A stretch of 64,000 bases of DNA from a candidate division LCP-89 bacterium (GCA_025774555.1 JALGVT010000007.1:17327-81326); one strand, 5' to 3'; positions 9,908-20,862 are shown, counted from the first letter of the stretch. Notes: generated from the sequence alone by a model not told the origin. Numbers and translations: made by a program.

Positions 9908-11668
9908 CTATTTTACGTTTATGGTTACCACCAGAAGCCAGAGCGTCGCAAATTGAGTTATTACGAGCATAACGTCCTTGTAAGCCTTCCAGTAATTCTT
10001 TTCCGCCTTTTCAGGAATAAAGATGGTATCCCCTTCCTCAATAATGGTATGGTCAGGCTTCAACCACTTCCCTGAAACAGCTTTTATCACTCGTATCTTT
10101 GATTTATGGGCATTCCAGGAGAAACCGCCCGATCTTTCGATGTAGTATGTGTATGGCATCCCCGGTATAAAGGTGACTATTCCCGGATGATCCACTTGAC
10201 CGGTGACCTTCACAGCGACAGTTATCGGAGGAACCTCCAGAACGTCTCCATCTCTGAGAAGAACATTCTGGGTGGAATCATTCGCAAACAATAAAGTAAA
10301 AAGATCAACGACTACTTGACCGGATTTTTCGCGGCTTTTATTTTTATAATACTGAAACTCGATCTGTTTCATATCTGCGACTGGCGTTAGTTTCAATCGC
10401 TGGTATTCAAGATCAACGAGTTCGATACCGAGCTTCCGTGTCAGCGTCGCCTCTTTCAAACTAGCATTCAGGGTAACTCCCCCCGCTTTGTTGATAATAT
10501 CAAGAACTGAAGTGCCCTCTTCAGCAACCGGATAAAAGCCCGGTTTCATAAATTCGCCGCGTAATTCCACCTGGTGACGTGGATGGTAGTTTGGGATTGA
10601 ACGGATATAGATCCGATCATCGGGAAAAATCTCATTTCTCAACACTTCGGGGTCATTCAAGTCTATAAATATAGTGTGAAAAGCCGCTTCACTCCCTATA
10701 AAGCGCGTTATTTCAACAGAATCTCTTTGAGCACCCTGCGTAGTGCCGCCAGCCAGCAGCAGGACTGTTTCCAGATCATCGCCCTGCAGATGTTCAATGA
10801 TTCCCTGATGATTCACCGCTCCGTATATGCCAACAACGCCAGTATTTGGATTCAGCGGTGGAATCAGAAGGAAATCTCCGTCCTGCAGGTAAGGGTTGCC
10901 TTTATGCAGTCCGGCTCGAAGAAACAGCATCAGATCAACGTTCTCTTTTACGCCGTCTTTATGAATTAACTGAGCACGCCTGGCAGAATAACTGGGTAAT
11001 TTAGATATCTTCTCCTCTTCCTCCTCTACCATTTCAGCGACGGATTTAACCTTGCTTTGCTCCTCTTGTTCCTGGCGTCTGGTTGGGTTATAGAAGCCCC
11101 CTGCCCTCGCTAAAATTGAAACAACACGATCAGCGCCCGTCATGTTATAAGTGCCCGGCGCCCAAACCATACCGCCGACCGATGCTTTGAAGTTTCGCAG
11201 TTCGAGCAGCGAAATTGTCACCGTACCGGCTTGATAACGATTTGAAGCTGTGTCAATGATCTCTTTCTTTATGTCCGCCAGATATTTCCCTCGAGTATCG
11301 AAGATTCCGAGGGAACGCAGACGAAGAATTCCGTCTGCTCCGATGCGCGCCAGTATTTGATCCTCGACCTCACCCATCACGTACACTACGATGAGGTCTC
11401 CGGGTCCCAATCGATACTCTTCGGGATCAATTGCGCCTTCAAGGGATTGCGATTCTGTGAGCAGTTCTTCTCTGAGGAGTTGATGTAAAGGTCCTTCCAA
11501 AGGATCAACACCAACTTGCGGTACTGATTCCAGTGGATAGAACTCCTCCGACTTCTTGATCTCCTGCGCTTCGATCTCAAACTGTGGGAAAAACGCGAAA
11601 TAGAACAGGGTAATCCATGACAGACACCCTGTTCTGAGTAAAACTCGCAATTTTTTTGGTCCACTCAT
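9908..11668 (-). CDS. Polysaccharide export protein, Wza/KpsD-like (Poly_export + multiple SLBB domains)
   Basis: YRLGPGDLIVVYV Poly_export motif followed by at least four SLBB-like ...PG.Y......L..AGG repeats; N-terminal signal/TM. Confidence 0.6.
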   Translation of the reverse strand: MSGPKKLRVLLRTGCLSWITLFYFAFFPQFEIEAQEIKKSEEFYPLESVPQVGVDPLEGPLHQLLREELLTESQSLEGAIDPEEYRLGPGDLIVVYVMGEVEDQILARIGADGILRLRSLGIFDTRGKYLADIKKEIIDTASNRYQAGTVTISLLELRNFKASVGGMVWAPGTYNMTGADRVVSILARAGGFYNPTRRQEQEEQSKVKSVAEMVEEEEEKISKLPSYSARRAQLIHKDGVKENVDLMLFLRAGLHKGNPYLQDGDFLLIPPLNPNTGVVGIYGAVNHQGIIEHLQGDDLETVLLLAGGTTQGAQRDSVEITRFIGSEAAFHTIFIDLNDPEVLRNEIFPDDRIYIRSIPNYHPRHQVELRGEFMKPGFYPVAEEGTSVLDIINKAGGVTLNASLKEATLTRKLGIELVDLEYQRLKLTPVADMKQIEFQYYKNKSREKSGQVVVDLFTLLFANDSTQNVLLRDGDVLEVPPITVAVKVTGQVDHPGIVTFIPGMPYTYYIERSGGFSWNAHKSKIRVIKAVSGKWLKPDHTIIEEGDTIFIPEKAEKNYWKAYKDVMLVITQFATLWLLVVTINVK

Positions 11669-11738
11669 AATGGGTACTTTCCTGCCTCCTTATTACTATA
11701 ACACTCGAAAACTGCGAGCGGGTTTCCATCGAGTGAAA

Positions 11739-13163
11739 CTATTCTTCGTTCTCTTCCTCTGCCATGAAGACAACTTTGGGAGCAGTTCTATCAGTTCCAT
11801 CAATCAAAGGAGCGGCATCGGATAAATATTTGTCCTTCGTTTCTTGCAACGTTTCAGGAATCTCGCCACCGGGATTATCCGCCGATAGTATTCTGGGTGT
11901 GATTTGAATGATCAGATCGGTTTTCTTGATATTCTCGCTTTTGTGGCGGAAGAGACCGCCAATGATGGGAAGGTCGCCCAGGAACGGGAATTTATGATTT
12001 GTAACCTTCGTGTTGACACCGATCAGACCTGCAATAATGATTGACTGACCATCTTTGACTCGAACAGTGGTAGTCGAGGTACGACGCGTGACCCAGGGGA
12101 TATTCGTAGTGGTTCCGATCAACTGGAATACGTTGCTCACTTCAGGCGTTATCTCTGTCGTGATATATCCATCCGTATTGACATTCGGTCTAATTTCCAG
12201 TTTGATTCCGACTTCTTCTTTATACACTTGAACCTGTCCGCCCACGCCTCCTGCTGAGAGGATATAAGGAATCACGTCCACAACCTTCAGGATAGCGGTG
12301 CGGTTATTCATGGTTGCAATCTTGGTGTTTGCTAATACTTCTGCACGATTGTTTTTAATCAACCAGTCGAGTGTCACCTGGAATACGGTTGGCTGGCGAG
12401 CCATATAGCCTGCATCGAGGAAACCTTCAACTGGATAGAAATCTAATTCATCGGGCAATTCACGATACCTTGCCGCTTCGGGAACTAAGCTGGGCGTTCC
12501 GTATTCATCAGGTCCCATTTCGACGAATGAGGTGTTCAATTGAGCAAGTTTACCCCAGTCGATACCTAATTCCTCTTCATCCTCGACTGCAACCTCGATC
12601 AAGGTCGCTTCGAGCATGATCTGGAGAGCCGGCTTATCTACTTTTGCTATGACGTTCAGAATTTCGGCAATTACTTTGGGGCTGGTGATAACCAACAGAT
12701 TGTTGCCTGTGATGTCCACATTCACCTTCGCATTGAAATCACTCAGCAGGCTTTGCACGTCGGTAGCCAGTGCATACTGCAATTCAATAACGTATGAAGA
12801 GAGTCCAACTTCTTGCTTCAGTTTTTTAGCATCTGCGACGAGGAAAGAATTGCCAATTGTTTCGTAGGATAAACCTGCGGCGCGCACGACGAGGTTCATC
12901 GCCTGCTCAATCGGTGTATTCCGAAGGTGGACAGAGACCCTTTCTTCCTTGTTCACGCCGGGACCGGTTACGATATTGTATCCGCTCTCTTCAGCAAGGA
13001 TAGCTAAGATTGACGGCAGAAAGGCGTCTTCGGCATCGATGGTGACGAGTTTCTCCAAGCCAGCTTGTGATTCCGCGGCTTCGGGCTCTTCAACTTCTCC
13101 TGCAAAAGCGGCAGGCAGACTTGCGAAAAGGATGACCACTAAGATTGTAATCATTCTGTGCAT
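11739..13163 (-). CDS. pilQ: Type IV pilus secretin PilQ (GspD/secretin family)
   Basis: signal peptide, N0/N1-like domains, C-terminal secretin core ending ...FPFLGDLPIIGGLFRHKSENIKKTDLIIQITPRIL. Confidence 0.85.
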   Translation of the reverse strand: MHRMITILVVILFASLPAAFAGEVEEPEAAESQAGLEKLVTIDAEDAFLPSILAILAEESGYNIVTGPGVNKEERVSVHLRNTPIEQAMNLVVRAAGLSYETIGNSFLVADAKKLKQEVGLSSYVIELQYALATDVQSLLSDFNAKVNVDITGNNLLVITSPKVIAEILNVIAKVDKPALQIMLEATLIEVAVEDEEELGIDWGKLAQLNTSFVEMGPDEYGTPSLVPEAARYRELPDELDFYPVEGFLDAGYMARQPTVFQVTLDWLIKNNRAEVLANTKIATMNNRTAILKVVDVIPYILSAGGVGGQVQVYKEEVGIKLEIRPNVNTDGYITTEITPEVSNVFQLIGTTTNIPWVTRRTSTTTVRVKDGQSIIIAGLIGVNTKVTNHKFPFLGDLPIIGGLFRHKSENIKKTDLIIQITPRILSADNPGGEIPETLQETKDKYLSDAAPLIDGTDRTAPKVVFMAEEENEE

Positions 13164-13232
13164 AAGATTCTCCCAGAATTGATATCACCCCGGTTTTACG
13201 GGGCAGAGAAGCGACGCTTCTCCTGAAATGGT

Positions 13233-13817
13233 TTAAAAATTTCCGTTTGCTGGTGTACTGCTTATTTCTCCGACCGTGATAGGACCTTCCATCAGGCTCT
13301 TCTCATATTCGATCGTTTCTTGTGATTTCTCGGTATAAAGTTCGAGAGTCTCACCAGGGCTTCTCAGAGTCACACACTTCGGACCGATATCGATCACTTT
13401 ATAATCACCGATATCGTCGCCGATGCGTAAGACTTTAGATCTACCCTCATGCTTTATAACAGCAGCCGGTTCTGCGCCTATTACGGTGCAGGAGAGGCGC
13501 ATTTCACGCTGTGATTCTAGGCTTTCTGTGAATCCGAGCTTCGCCAGGAATCGTTTCCCCTGAATAACCTGCGATAATTCCAGCGGATCGTCTTCAATTT
13601 CAAAGGTATATTCCATCCGATCCCTGAGTTCAGCTTCTAATTTCTCAATTGTCGCTCGGAGCTGCGGATCCTCGGATCCCATGGCTTGCCGTTCTATAGC
13701 TTCCTGGTATTCGCGTACCTTAACTCCCATCTGATAGACGTTATACCCCATATATCCTGCGATAATCAGCAACAGAATAATCAGGACGCTCCATAACAAT
13801 CGTTCGCGTTCTTTCAT
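13233..13817 (-). CDS. PilP-like pilus assembly lipoprotein/periplasmic protein (hypothetical)
   Basis: position between pilO and pilQ, single N-terminal TM, coiled-coil then beta-rich C-terminus. Confidence 0.4.
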   Translation of the reverse strand: MKERERLLWSVLIILLLIIAGYMGYNVYQMGVKVREYQEAIERQAMGSEDPQLRATIEKLEAELRDRMEYTFEIEDDPLELSQVIQGKRFLAKLGFTESLESQREMRLSCTVIGAEPAAVIKHEGRSKVLRIGDDIGDYKVIDIGPKCVTLRSPGETLELYTEKSQETIEYEKSLMEGPITVGEISSTPANGNF

Positions 13818-13831
13818 TGATGCTCCAGAAC

Positions 13832-14386
13832 TTAATTTCTTTTGATCAGCGTCAAAGTGGAGATTTCCATTTCAATAACGTGATCTTCAGGATCCCTTGC
13901 CCCTTTATATCCCTGCGCCTTTCTGAAGCCGTTATCCACATTAAAGGATTCCACAGTTACCAACCGTTCGGACTTTTCGAGTTTGGTTACAAGTTTACCA
14001 AACTCTTCATACGAACAATCGATGATTAAGGCATAGGGTGTTTTAATATGATCGACCTGAGTCCGCCTCCGTTTAGGTTCGATAGCGATCAGCTTGATCT
14101 CGAGTTCTGCTAAAACCCCGGTAACGTAATTTAAGAAAGGCATGGAAGCGTCTTCAGCCAGAGAATCTTTAGTAGAAAGCGCCAGATTCCTCTCGATCAA
14201 CTTGGCGACCAGATCCATCTCCTGCGCGATGATTTCCGCCGAAATCAATCTCTCGTTTTTAACTTTAATCTCACGATCCAGTCTGCTGATATTTTCAGGG
14301 ATACCGAGATAGACCAAATTATAATAGACCCAGAATCCTCCCCCGAAGATAACTGCGATCAAGATCAGGATCAAAATCTTTTTCAT
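13832..14386 (-). CDS. pilO: Type IV pilus assembly protein PilO
   Basis: N-terminal TM + coiled coil + C-terminal alpha/beta domain; synteny pilM-N-O-P-Q. Confidence 0.6.
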   Translation of the reverse strand: MKKILILILIAVIFGGGFWVYYNLVYLGIPENISRLDREIKVKNERLISAEIIAQEMDLVAKLIERNLALSTKDSLAEDASMPFLNYVTGVLAELEIKLIAIEPKRRRTQVDHIKTPYALIIDCSYEEFGKLVTKLEKSERLVTVESFNVDNGFRKAQGYKGARDPEDHVIEMEISTLTLIKRN

Positions 14387-14429
14387 ATATTCCTCAAAGC
14401 TTCAGAAAATCGCTCTTTGATTATGTTGA

Positions 14430-15041
14430 CTAAGTGCCTGCTTTTCCAGTAGAGCTCTTGGCGAACTTGTTGGATTTTTCTATGGCACAGGTAATGGTTA
14501 TAGAGAGGATTTCCTGTGTTTCGATTTTAACTCGATGTGATTGACTGAAACGGATATTGGAAAACTCCCTGTAGAAGAAAGGCGTAGTTTTCAGCACATT
14601 CATGAGTTCGCTGACTTTATCGAATTCTTTTTCATCAGACATAATTTTGGAAATCGCCTTGATGCGAAGCTGCTTGTTATTGTATTCAAGCAATGTGATG
14701 ACGACGTCCTGGGGAAGGATCTCCGCCAACGCCTTAATTTTGTGCGCCCACAGAAAACGTTCTTTCTCCATGCGGGTCAGAGTGAGGACGTCATTCTTGG
14801 AGATATTTTTACCCGTCCTCTCCAGTTCGTCGAGGCGGCGGTCGATCTCAGCAATTTTCTGCTCTTTTTGATCGATAATGCGACATAGTTCCTGATGATT
14901 GCCGAATGCGTAAAGAGCAAGGAAGGCAAAGATCACTAAGAACGCACCTATAATGATGCGTTCGCGCCGCTTACGCCAGCGGGCTTCCCGTTCAGCGAGA
15001 CCTTCAGATTTGTTCAGGTTGATCGAAAAAACTTTGACCAT
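14430..15041 (-). CDS. pilN: Type IV pilus assembly protein PilN
   Basis: single TM after short cytoplasmic N-terminus, coiled coil; synteny. Confidence 0.6.
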   Translation of the reverse strand: MVKVFSINLNKSEGLAEREARWRKRRERIIIGAFLVIFAFLALYAFGNHQELCRIIDQKEQKIAEIDRRLDELERTGKNISKNDVLTLTRMEKERFLWAHKIKALAEILPQDVVITLLEYNNKQLRIKAISKIMSDEKEFDKVSELMNVLKTTPFFYREFSNIRFSQSHRVKIETQEILSITITCAIEKSNKFAKSSTGKAGT

Positions 15042-15046
15042 AACGA

Positions 15047-16111
15047 TTACTCCGCTCGAAGCGCCAGACCAACAGCAACGGCTAATTGAGATCCTTCATG
15101 AATCTCTTTGCCTGCTGTATCCAATGCAGCGCAGGGGTTGTATGTTGAAACCGGGAGGTTGAATTTCTTTTCAAAAAACTCGATAAGACCGGGCATATAA
15201 GCAGATCCACCGGTGAGTAGGATATTCTGGAAATAGGACTCTCCGGATTCCTTGACATAGTATCTTAATGATCGATTGATTTCGTCGCCGAGTTTGTCCA
15301 ATGCGCTCTTTTCTGCAAGATGAAGCCCTTTATCCCCGTTTGCTTGAACCAGAGGAAGGTCAGGGCTTAATCCATGGGAAGCTTTTATCTTTTCGGCTTT
15401 GTTATAATCTAAACCATATCTTTTCATCAGTTCTTGCGTAAACGCCCAGCCTGCGATGGGGATATCGCGCGTGAAGAAGAAGCTACGCCTGCCCAGAGCC
15501 GTAAGGGTTGTCTTGCGGCATCCGATCGTTAGAGATATAGTGACGCCGTCTTCCGGCAGGTCGTTTTGCGTGATGTACGAATTCAGCACTGCCATCTGAT
15601 CGATGTCAACAACTCCAGGGCGCAGTTCGATATCGCGCAGCATTTCCACATGATTCTCAAAATACTTGCGCGTTGCCGCGACTAAGAGAACGCGAACTTT
15701 ATCGGGTTCGGTGGGATCGTCACCCAGGATTTGAAAATCCACTATGGAATCACTGCCATCTAAGGGGAGGTGCTTTCTAGCTTCAAGCAGGAGGGAGGAA
15801 TCCATTTCTTCATCGGTCATTTGAATGGATTTGATCTCCTTCGCGGAAACAGCCTGTCCTCCTATGGCTGAAGCTAAATGTTTCACTTTACGGGGCGTTT
15901 GACCCAGATTTGTGAAAGCCGAAAGCATCCTGGGAACGACGACTGATCTTTTCGGTCCTTCAGGATCGAAGGATTCATCCGATCCATATAGTTGGAAAAC
16001 GCCGTGTTTGCTAAGCCGGTGACCCTGACTCGTTTTTTCAAGCACAGCAATCTTGATGCTGTGCGAACCGATGTCGAGTCCGACGCGCGGTTGACTGCCG
16101 AGTTTTATCAT
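15047..16111 (-). CDS. pilM: Type IV pilus assembly protein PilM (actin-like ATPase fold)
   Basis: 354 aa, GLDIGSHSIKIAVLE N-terminus typical of PilM/FtsA fold. Confidence 0.85.
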   Translation of the reverse strand: MIKLGSQPRVGLDIGSHSIKIAVLEKTSQGHRLSKHGVFQLYGSDESFDPEGPKRSVVVPRMLSAFTNLGQTPRKVKHLASAIGGQAVSAKEIKSIQMTDEEMDSSLLLEARKHLPLDGSDSIVDFQILGDDPTEPDKVRVLLVAATRKYFENHVEMLRDIELRPGVVDIDQMAVLNSYITQNDLPEDGVTISLTIGCRKTTLTALGRRSFFFTRDIPIAGWAFTQELMKRYGLDYNKAEKIKASHGLSPDLPLVQANGDKGLHLAEKSALDKLGDEINRSLRYYVKESGESYFQNILLTGGSAYMPGLIEFFEKKFNLPVSTYNPCAALDTAGKEIHEGSQLAVAVGLALRAE

Positions 16112-16269
16112 GTTTCCAGACTAAAAAAGATAATAGTTATGACTCATACAGGGGAGGCTTTCTATTGTATATAAAGCCTCTTCCGCTTATTATTATTTAC
16201 ACGATTGATGTACTTGATGCGCGTTCTGATATATGGTCTCTGGAAGCACCGTATGCCGGAGAAAACCGA

Positions 16270-17826
16270 CTAACGTTTGTCTCCCCAGCTTACGATTTGG
16301 AAGTGGGCGTGACCCTCTTCATCCGTTGCCTTGATAAAGTAGGGAGGTGTTATATAGCTCAACCGATCATCAAAATGATAGTCCTTGCCGTAACCCGTTC
16401 CGCCGTGATTGGAACGATGAACATAGCCTCTCCGACGCTGTGAAACAGCGCCCCAAAGGTGGATATCACCGCGCTCATCCGGTGAAGTTGGACTGGGACC
16501 ACCATATTCATAAGCTCCTGTGTACCATTCCCAGATAGTGGGATCGGGAGTAGTCCCGCCGTCTGCTTCGTTCTGATCTTCAAATGAAAAGCTGCCCCAG
16601 TATTGATATTCCTCTAACGCTTCATTCCCCAGGGCGACCATTGCAGCGGTGATAATGATATCCTGACCAAAGAAACGATTTTCCCTGCCGTTTTCCCAGG
16701 TATTGGCAATGGTGATATTACTTTCCGAAACTATACCCAATATGTCTGTATAACCGCCGGTCGTATCGTTGAATTCGCCGGTTATCCGGTCGGCGAACCA
16801 GTACCTGATATCATCTATAAGGCGGATACAATGTAACCCAAAATTCTGGGTAGGGTCGGGGGTGATGGGATGCCCCATAGCGCCCACTGTGACACAGCCT
16901 TTAACTTCACCAGCCAGTTCAAGATACCCATTAACGAAGATGGCGTCCCAGGCGGGTACTCCTCCAAATGCTACTGGTCCAGCAGAACTATCGAAAGGCA
17001 TTCCAGCATTCCATCTGTACATCTTCCAGCCACTTTGCCCTTCAAATATCAGCCGATGGAAAAATGCACCATTCTCACTATCAAAGTACTGCCCCATTGC
17101 GTTGGCGGCTTCGCGGATATCTGTTGCTTCCGTGGGTAGAAATATTTCCCTGTAATTGAAGACAGGCTCAACGTGAAATTCAGGACTGGCATTAATCAGA
17201 TTGAAAGCCGACGCGCAGGTGGTTACCTTGTCATAAAAGACGGGGTTTTCCATGATAGTTATGACATCGTTGGAGTGCACCCAACCTTCCAGGGTATCCT
17301 CATGCCAGAATTTGATGACTTCGCCGAAGGGGGTGGTTTCGTTGTCTGTCAGATAAAAATAATTAGCAAGGTCGTTTATCCCCACTTTTATCGTCATGGT
17401 ATCGGTAACCATGGCGTCATTGCCTTCGTAGTCTTTGAATTTCACCTTGCCGACAGCCCTGTAATCGAGGAAATTAAAGTCGCCATAAACGGTGCTCTTC
17501 TGGTTAATATCAGGCATGCGCCAGACTTCTGCGGTGGCAATAGCCTGCCCGGAGGAATTTACAAGGACTGAGATTCCCAGCGATTGTTCTTCACGAGGCA
17601 TGTTGAAATAATCCAGCGCCCTTAATTCCTTAAATCCCAAATCCATGATCCCGGCGTGTGCGGCATAATATGCTTGCAGCTTATGCTTCTCAAACATAGC
17701 CTCCCAGCCTTCATCAGCGCCCCATTTCATATAGCCCAAACCGGTGAAAATGAGAAGCCCCACCATAACGATAGCGAAATACTGGAAGAATCCGTCATCT
17801 TTCTGCATCTTTTTGATTGCTTTCAT
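16270..17826 (-). CDS. Hypothetical membrane-anchored pilus-associated protein (PilX/PilY1-position)
   Basis: 518 aa, N-terminal TM, located between minor pilins and pilM. Confidence 0.35.
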   Translation of the reverse strand: MKAIKKMQKDDGFFQYFAIVMVGLLIFTGLGYMKWGADEGWEAMFEKHKLQAYYAAHAGIMDLGFKELRALDYFNMPREEQSLGISVLVNSSGQAIATAEVWRMPDINQKSTVYGDFNFLDYRAVGKVKFKDYEGNDAMVTDTMTIKVGINDLANYFYLTDNETTPFGEVIKFWHEDTLEGWVHSNDVITIMENPVFYDKVTTCASAFNLINASPEFHVEPVFNYREIFLPTEATDIREAANAMGQYFDSENGAFFHRLIFEGQSGWKMYRWNAGMPFDSSAGPVAFGGVPAWDAIFVNGYLELAGEVKGCVTVGAMGHPITPDPTQNFGLHCIRLIDDIRYWFADRITGEFNDTTGGYTDILGIVSESNITIANTWENGRENRFFGQDIIITAAMVALGNEALEEYQYWGSFSFEDQNEADGGTTPDPTIWEWYTGAYEYGGPSPTSPDERGDIHLWGAVSQRRRGYVHRSNHGGTGYGKDYHFDDRLSYITPPYFIKATDEEGHAHFQIVSWGDKR

Positions 17827-17847
17827 GACCGCCTCACCAGGTTTTCA

Positions 17848-18522
17848 TCAATTGAGCGCTTCGATATAATTCTTCAAAAAGGTTGATATCCGATACTCCT
17901 TAATTAGAGTGTTATCCTTATTCGAGCCGCTCTGGGCAACATCTTCACCTCTGCGGTACTCAATAGTAAGATAAACCTCTGCCATAGATCTACTGAACAC
18001 ATCACCCAGATTCGGGTAGGTTTGAGTCCACGGCTTGTAGTAAAACTCCTTTATGCGGAAATCATGCTTATTTTTCCACCCGGGCGGCGGAAAACCATCT
18101 CTGCCGCGCGTTATATATGTATAGAATTCTTCAGGCGCGGCATTCGACTGTGCCATCATCACACCCACGGACGCATCCGCTGAAAAATTGTAGAAAACTG
18201 TATCAACAGTACTGGTTTCATAGACGTCAGAGCTAATTACTTTTATGGTAAAATAGCTGATGCCATTGGTGGGACCGCCGGTAATCTCAATGCCGACGCG
18301 CATTAAGCTGTCTATATTGGAAAGCACGTCGTTGGCGTATTGATCGACAACTCGAATAGCCCAGGACCGATCCATCCACTCTCGGAAAGAGAGCGTTGAA
18401 ACAGTAAATCCGAGGAAAATCAGCGAGATCAGAACGACTGATATCGTCGCTTCCAACAGCGTCCATCCCGAATCGCTTCTGACGCCGTTTTTTTTGGTAT
18501 TATGATCTGTCTGGTTCTTCAT
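17848..18522 (-). CDS. Minor pilin/pseudopilin (prepilin-type N-terminal domain)
   Basis: SGWTLLEATISVVLISLIFLG resembles prepilin cleavage/methylation motif G/FTLxE + hydrophobic helix. Confidence 0.55.
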   Translation of the reverse strand: MKNQTDHNTKKNGVRSDSGWTLLEATISVVLISLIFLGFTVSTLSFREWMDRSWAIRVVDQYANDVLSNIDSLMRVGIEITGGPTNGISYFTIKVISSDVYETSTVDTVFYNFSADASVGVMMAQSNAAPEEFYTYITRGRDGFPPPGWKNKHDFRIKEFYYKPWTQTYPNLGDVFSRSMAEVYLTIEYRRGEDVAQSGSNKDNTLIKEYRISTFLKNYIEALN

Positions 18523-18524
18523 TG

Positions 18525-19052
18525 TTAAAACCGGGCGCTGACATAGGTGCTTAAGGAGACTTCATTGCCATTGTTCTTGGAGAAACTCTGACCGTCCGGC
18601 TCATCCCATTCTGCATATACGGTAATAGTCCAGTAAGCCACTACGGGGTCACCGCTTTCGTTGCTCTGGTTGGGATCAATCACGGGAGTTATCGCTGATT
18701 TGGACAGCCAGACCCTGAATGGGGGATTATATTCCCCTTCATTGTCATCAATCAAGATGCCGCCGTAATGCGTCTTCGGTGCGAATTCATCGGGGGTCAT
18801 GGTAGTGTTCATGTAGATGCGCCCCACCCAATATTCCAGTTCCTGCTGGACTATTCGCATAACCTGCTGCTTGTGCATGTCAGTATCAAGCATGCGGTTA
18901 CCGAAGAAGAGTGAATGCGCCATGATAGCAGCTGCAGCCATCAGCATCACGAAGGTAACTATCGCGTCCATAAAGGTTATCCCATCATCGCGTTTGGCGA
19001 TGCGGAAAAGACGCGTCGGGAATACTGTGATTTTCGGGATGATGCGTTTCAC
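18525..19052 (-). CDS. Minor pilin/pseudopilin (PilV/PilW-like)
   Basis: DGITFMDAIVTFVMLMAAAAI N-terminal pilin-like hydrophobic helix; position in pilin operon. Confidence 0.45.
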   Translation of the reverse strand: MKRIIPKITVFPTRLFRIAKRDDGITFMDAIVTFVMLMAAAAIMAHSLFFGNRMLDTDMHKQQVMRIVQQELEYWVGRIYMNTTMTPDEFAPKTHYGGILIDDNEGEYNPPFRVWLSKSAITPVIDPNQSNESGDPVVAYWTITVYAEWDEPDGQSFSKNNGNEVSLSTYVSARF

Positions 19053-19103
19053 AATAAATCTTATTCGGATTCTGTGGATCTACTAACACCGGTCTGGAAA
19101 GCA

Positions 19104-20168
19104 TTAACCAGCTAAGTTGACTTCAAACAGCTTGGGATTTTCCGCAACGTGCTTTGCTACATCCCGGTCAATCACACCTTTATGCAGAAGTCTCATCAGA
19201 TCCTGATCCAGACTCTGCATACCAACTTTACCACTGGATTGGATCACTGAAGGAATCTGATAGATTTTATCTTCACGGATCAGATTTCTGACGGCGGTAT
19301 TTCCGATCATGATTTCCATAGCGGCGATACGACCGTTGCCATCCTTCAATGGAAGCAGCTTCTGGGCGATGACCGCTTCCAGCGATTCCGCCAGCATCGA
19401 ACGCACCTGCGTCTTCTGTGATGAGGGGAAGATATCGATGATACGGTCAATAGTCTTGGCTGCGCTGGAAGTGTGCAGCGTCGCCAGTACCAGGTGTCCG
19501 GTTTCAGCGGCTGTCAAAGCTAATGCAATAGTTTCAAGATCACGCATTTCACCGACGAGGATGACATCGGGATCTTCGCGCAGAGCCGCGCGCAGAGCAT
19601 TAGCAAAGGAGTGCGTGCTGGCGCCGAGTTCTCTCTGGTTAATAAGACAGTTACGGGTAGAATGGAAGAACTCAACAGGGTCCTCTATCGTAATGATATG
19701 GAGTTCCTTATACTCGTTGATATAGTCCACCATAGTCGCAAGCGTGGTGGATTTTCCACTACCAGTAGGTCCAGTCAGCAGGATAAGCCCGCGATCTCGG
19801 AGCGCCAGTTCCTTCATTATTTCGGGCAAGCCCAGCTCTTCGAAGGTTCTGATCTCTGTAGGGATCGTCCGGAATACTGCCGCAATACCCTGTATCTGCT
19901 GGAAGACATTAACACGGAAACGTGCTATGTCTCCCAGTTTGTACGAGAAGTCTAACTCCTTGACCTCTTCGAACCGTTCCAACTGCGGCTCACTCAGCAC
20001 AGGGAACACCAGTTTTTCCATCATCTCCTGATCCATCATGGGAAGCGCGAGTTTGCGCATCGTCCCATGTACGCGGATCATGGGAATAGACCCGGTGGAA
20101 ATATGGAGGTCGGATGCACCCTGATCAACAGCGAAATTCAGCAGCTGGTTAATGTCCTGGATTGCCAA
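19104..20168 (-). CDS. pilT: Twitching motility retraction ATPase PilT
   Basis: 354 aa, Walker A GPTGSGKSTT, Asp box, PilT-specific AIRNLIRE-like motif (AVRNLIRE). Confidence 0.9.
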   Translation of the reverse strand: MAIQDINQLLNFAVDQGASDLHISTGSIPMIRVHGTMRKLALPMMDQEMMEKLVFPVLSEPQLERFEEVKELDFSYKLGDIARFRVNVFQQIQGIAAVFRTIPTEIRTFEELGLPEIMKELALRDRGLILLTGPTGSGKSTTLATMVDYINEYKELHIITIEDPVEFFHSTRNCLINQRELGASTHSFANALRAALREDPDVILVGEMRDLETIALALTAAETGHLVLATLHTSSAAKTIDRIIDIFPSSQKTQVRSMLAESLEAVIAQKLLPLKDGNGRIAAMEIMIGNTAVRNLIREDKIYQIPSVIQSSGKVGMQSLDQDLMRLLHKGVIDRDVAKHVAENPKLFEVNLAG

Positions 20169-20195
20169 AACGTTCTGATCTCCGTTGGTAGCTAA

Positions 20196-20633
20196 CTAAA
20201 TCTCGCCTGTATCTGAGGGAAGACCATAACCGCTGAATCTGCCTTCTTTTACATTGTAGATAACGATTTCTCCGGCTCCACCCTTCATCTTCTCAGTAGA
20301 AGTACCCATGATCTGATCAAGCTGATCGTTAGATCCTACAATCTGGAACTCCCACTGGTCGAGGGTTGACAAATCGATGGTCAGGTACTCTTCATCTTCC
20401 AGAACCTGGACATCGGTCGGGTACTCGCCCTTATCCTGATAATACATTTTGGCAGAGTTGTAAATCGCGCCGATAGTTGATTGCGGATCAGCCGCTCTCG
20501 CGCCCTTGACATACTGTATGTAGATCGGCACCGAAATAGCAGCAAGAATTGCCACGATGACCACCACAATCAGAACTTCGATTAGTGTGAAGCCTGCATC
20601 CCTCTTCAGAAATCTTTGCAACATGTTACTCAC
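20196..20633 (-). CDS. pilA: Type IVa major pilin PilA
   Basis: leader ...KRDAG|FTLIEVLIVVVIVAILAAI with Glu5; 145 aa. Confidence 0.85.
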   Translation of the reverse strand: MSNMLQRFLKRDAGFTLIEVLIVVVIVAILAAISVPIYIQYVKGARAADPQSTIGAIYNSAKMYYQDKGEYPTDVQVLEDEEYLTIDLSTLDQWEFQIVGSNDQLDQIMGTSTEKMKGGAGEIVIYNVKEGRFSGYGLPSDTGEI

Positions 20634-20792
20634 CTCATTAAGCGTTGGTACAAATTTGATATATCATAGTATAATATAATATTTTTTTTGTAAAAAGCAA
20701 CAACAGAATTAAATAAAAACGATTTAACGGGAAATAAAATTTAGATGAGAGTATTACGATCTTAAAAGAAGGAAATCAAGCAATTATTGTAC

Positions 20793-20822
20793 CAAAAAAG
20801 AGCCGTGATTTTACGGCTCTTA
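20793..20822 (-). terminator. Rho-independent terminator after anti-sigma gene (agagccgtaaaatcacggctct + T6 on minus strand)
   Basis: 9-bp stem hairpin followed by tttttt on the minus strand. Confidence 0.55.
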
Positions 20823-20862
20823 CATAGAAAAAAAGTGTAAACTACTGCAAGGACATCAGCAA

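Noticed and set aside
20634-20700. Sigma-54 (-24/-12) promoter upstream of pilA
   Set aside because: The TGGTACaaatTTGA match is weak (GC of -12 replaced) and on the wrong strand relative to pilA.
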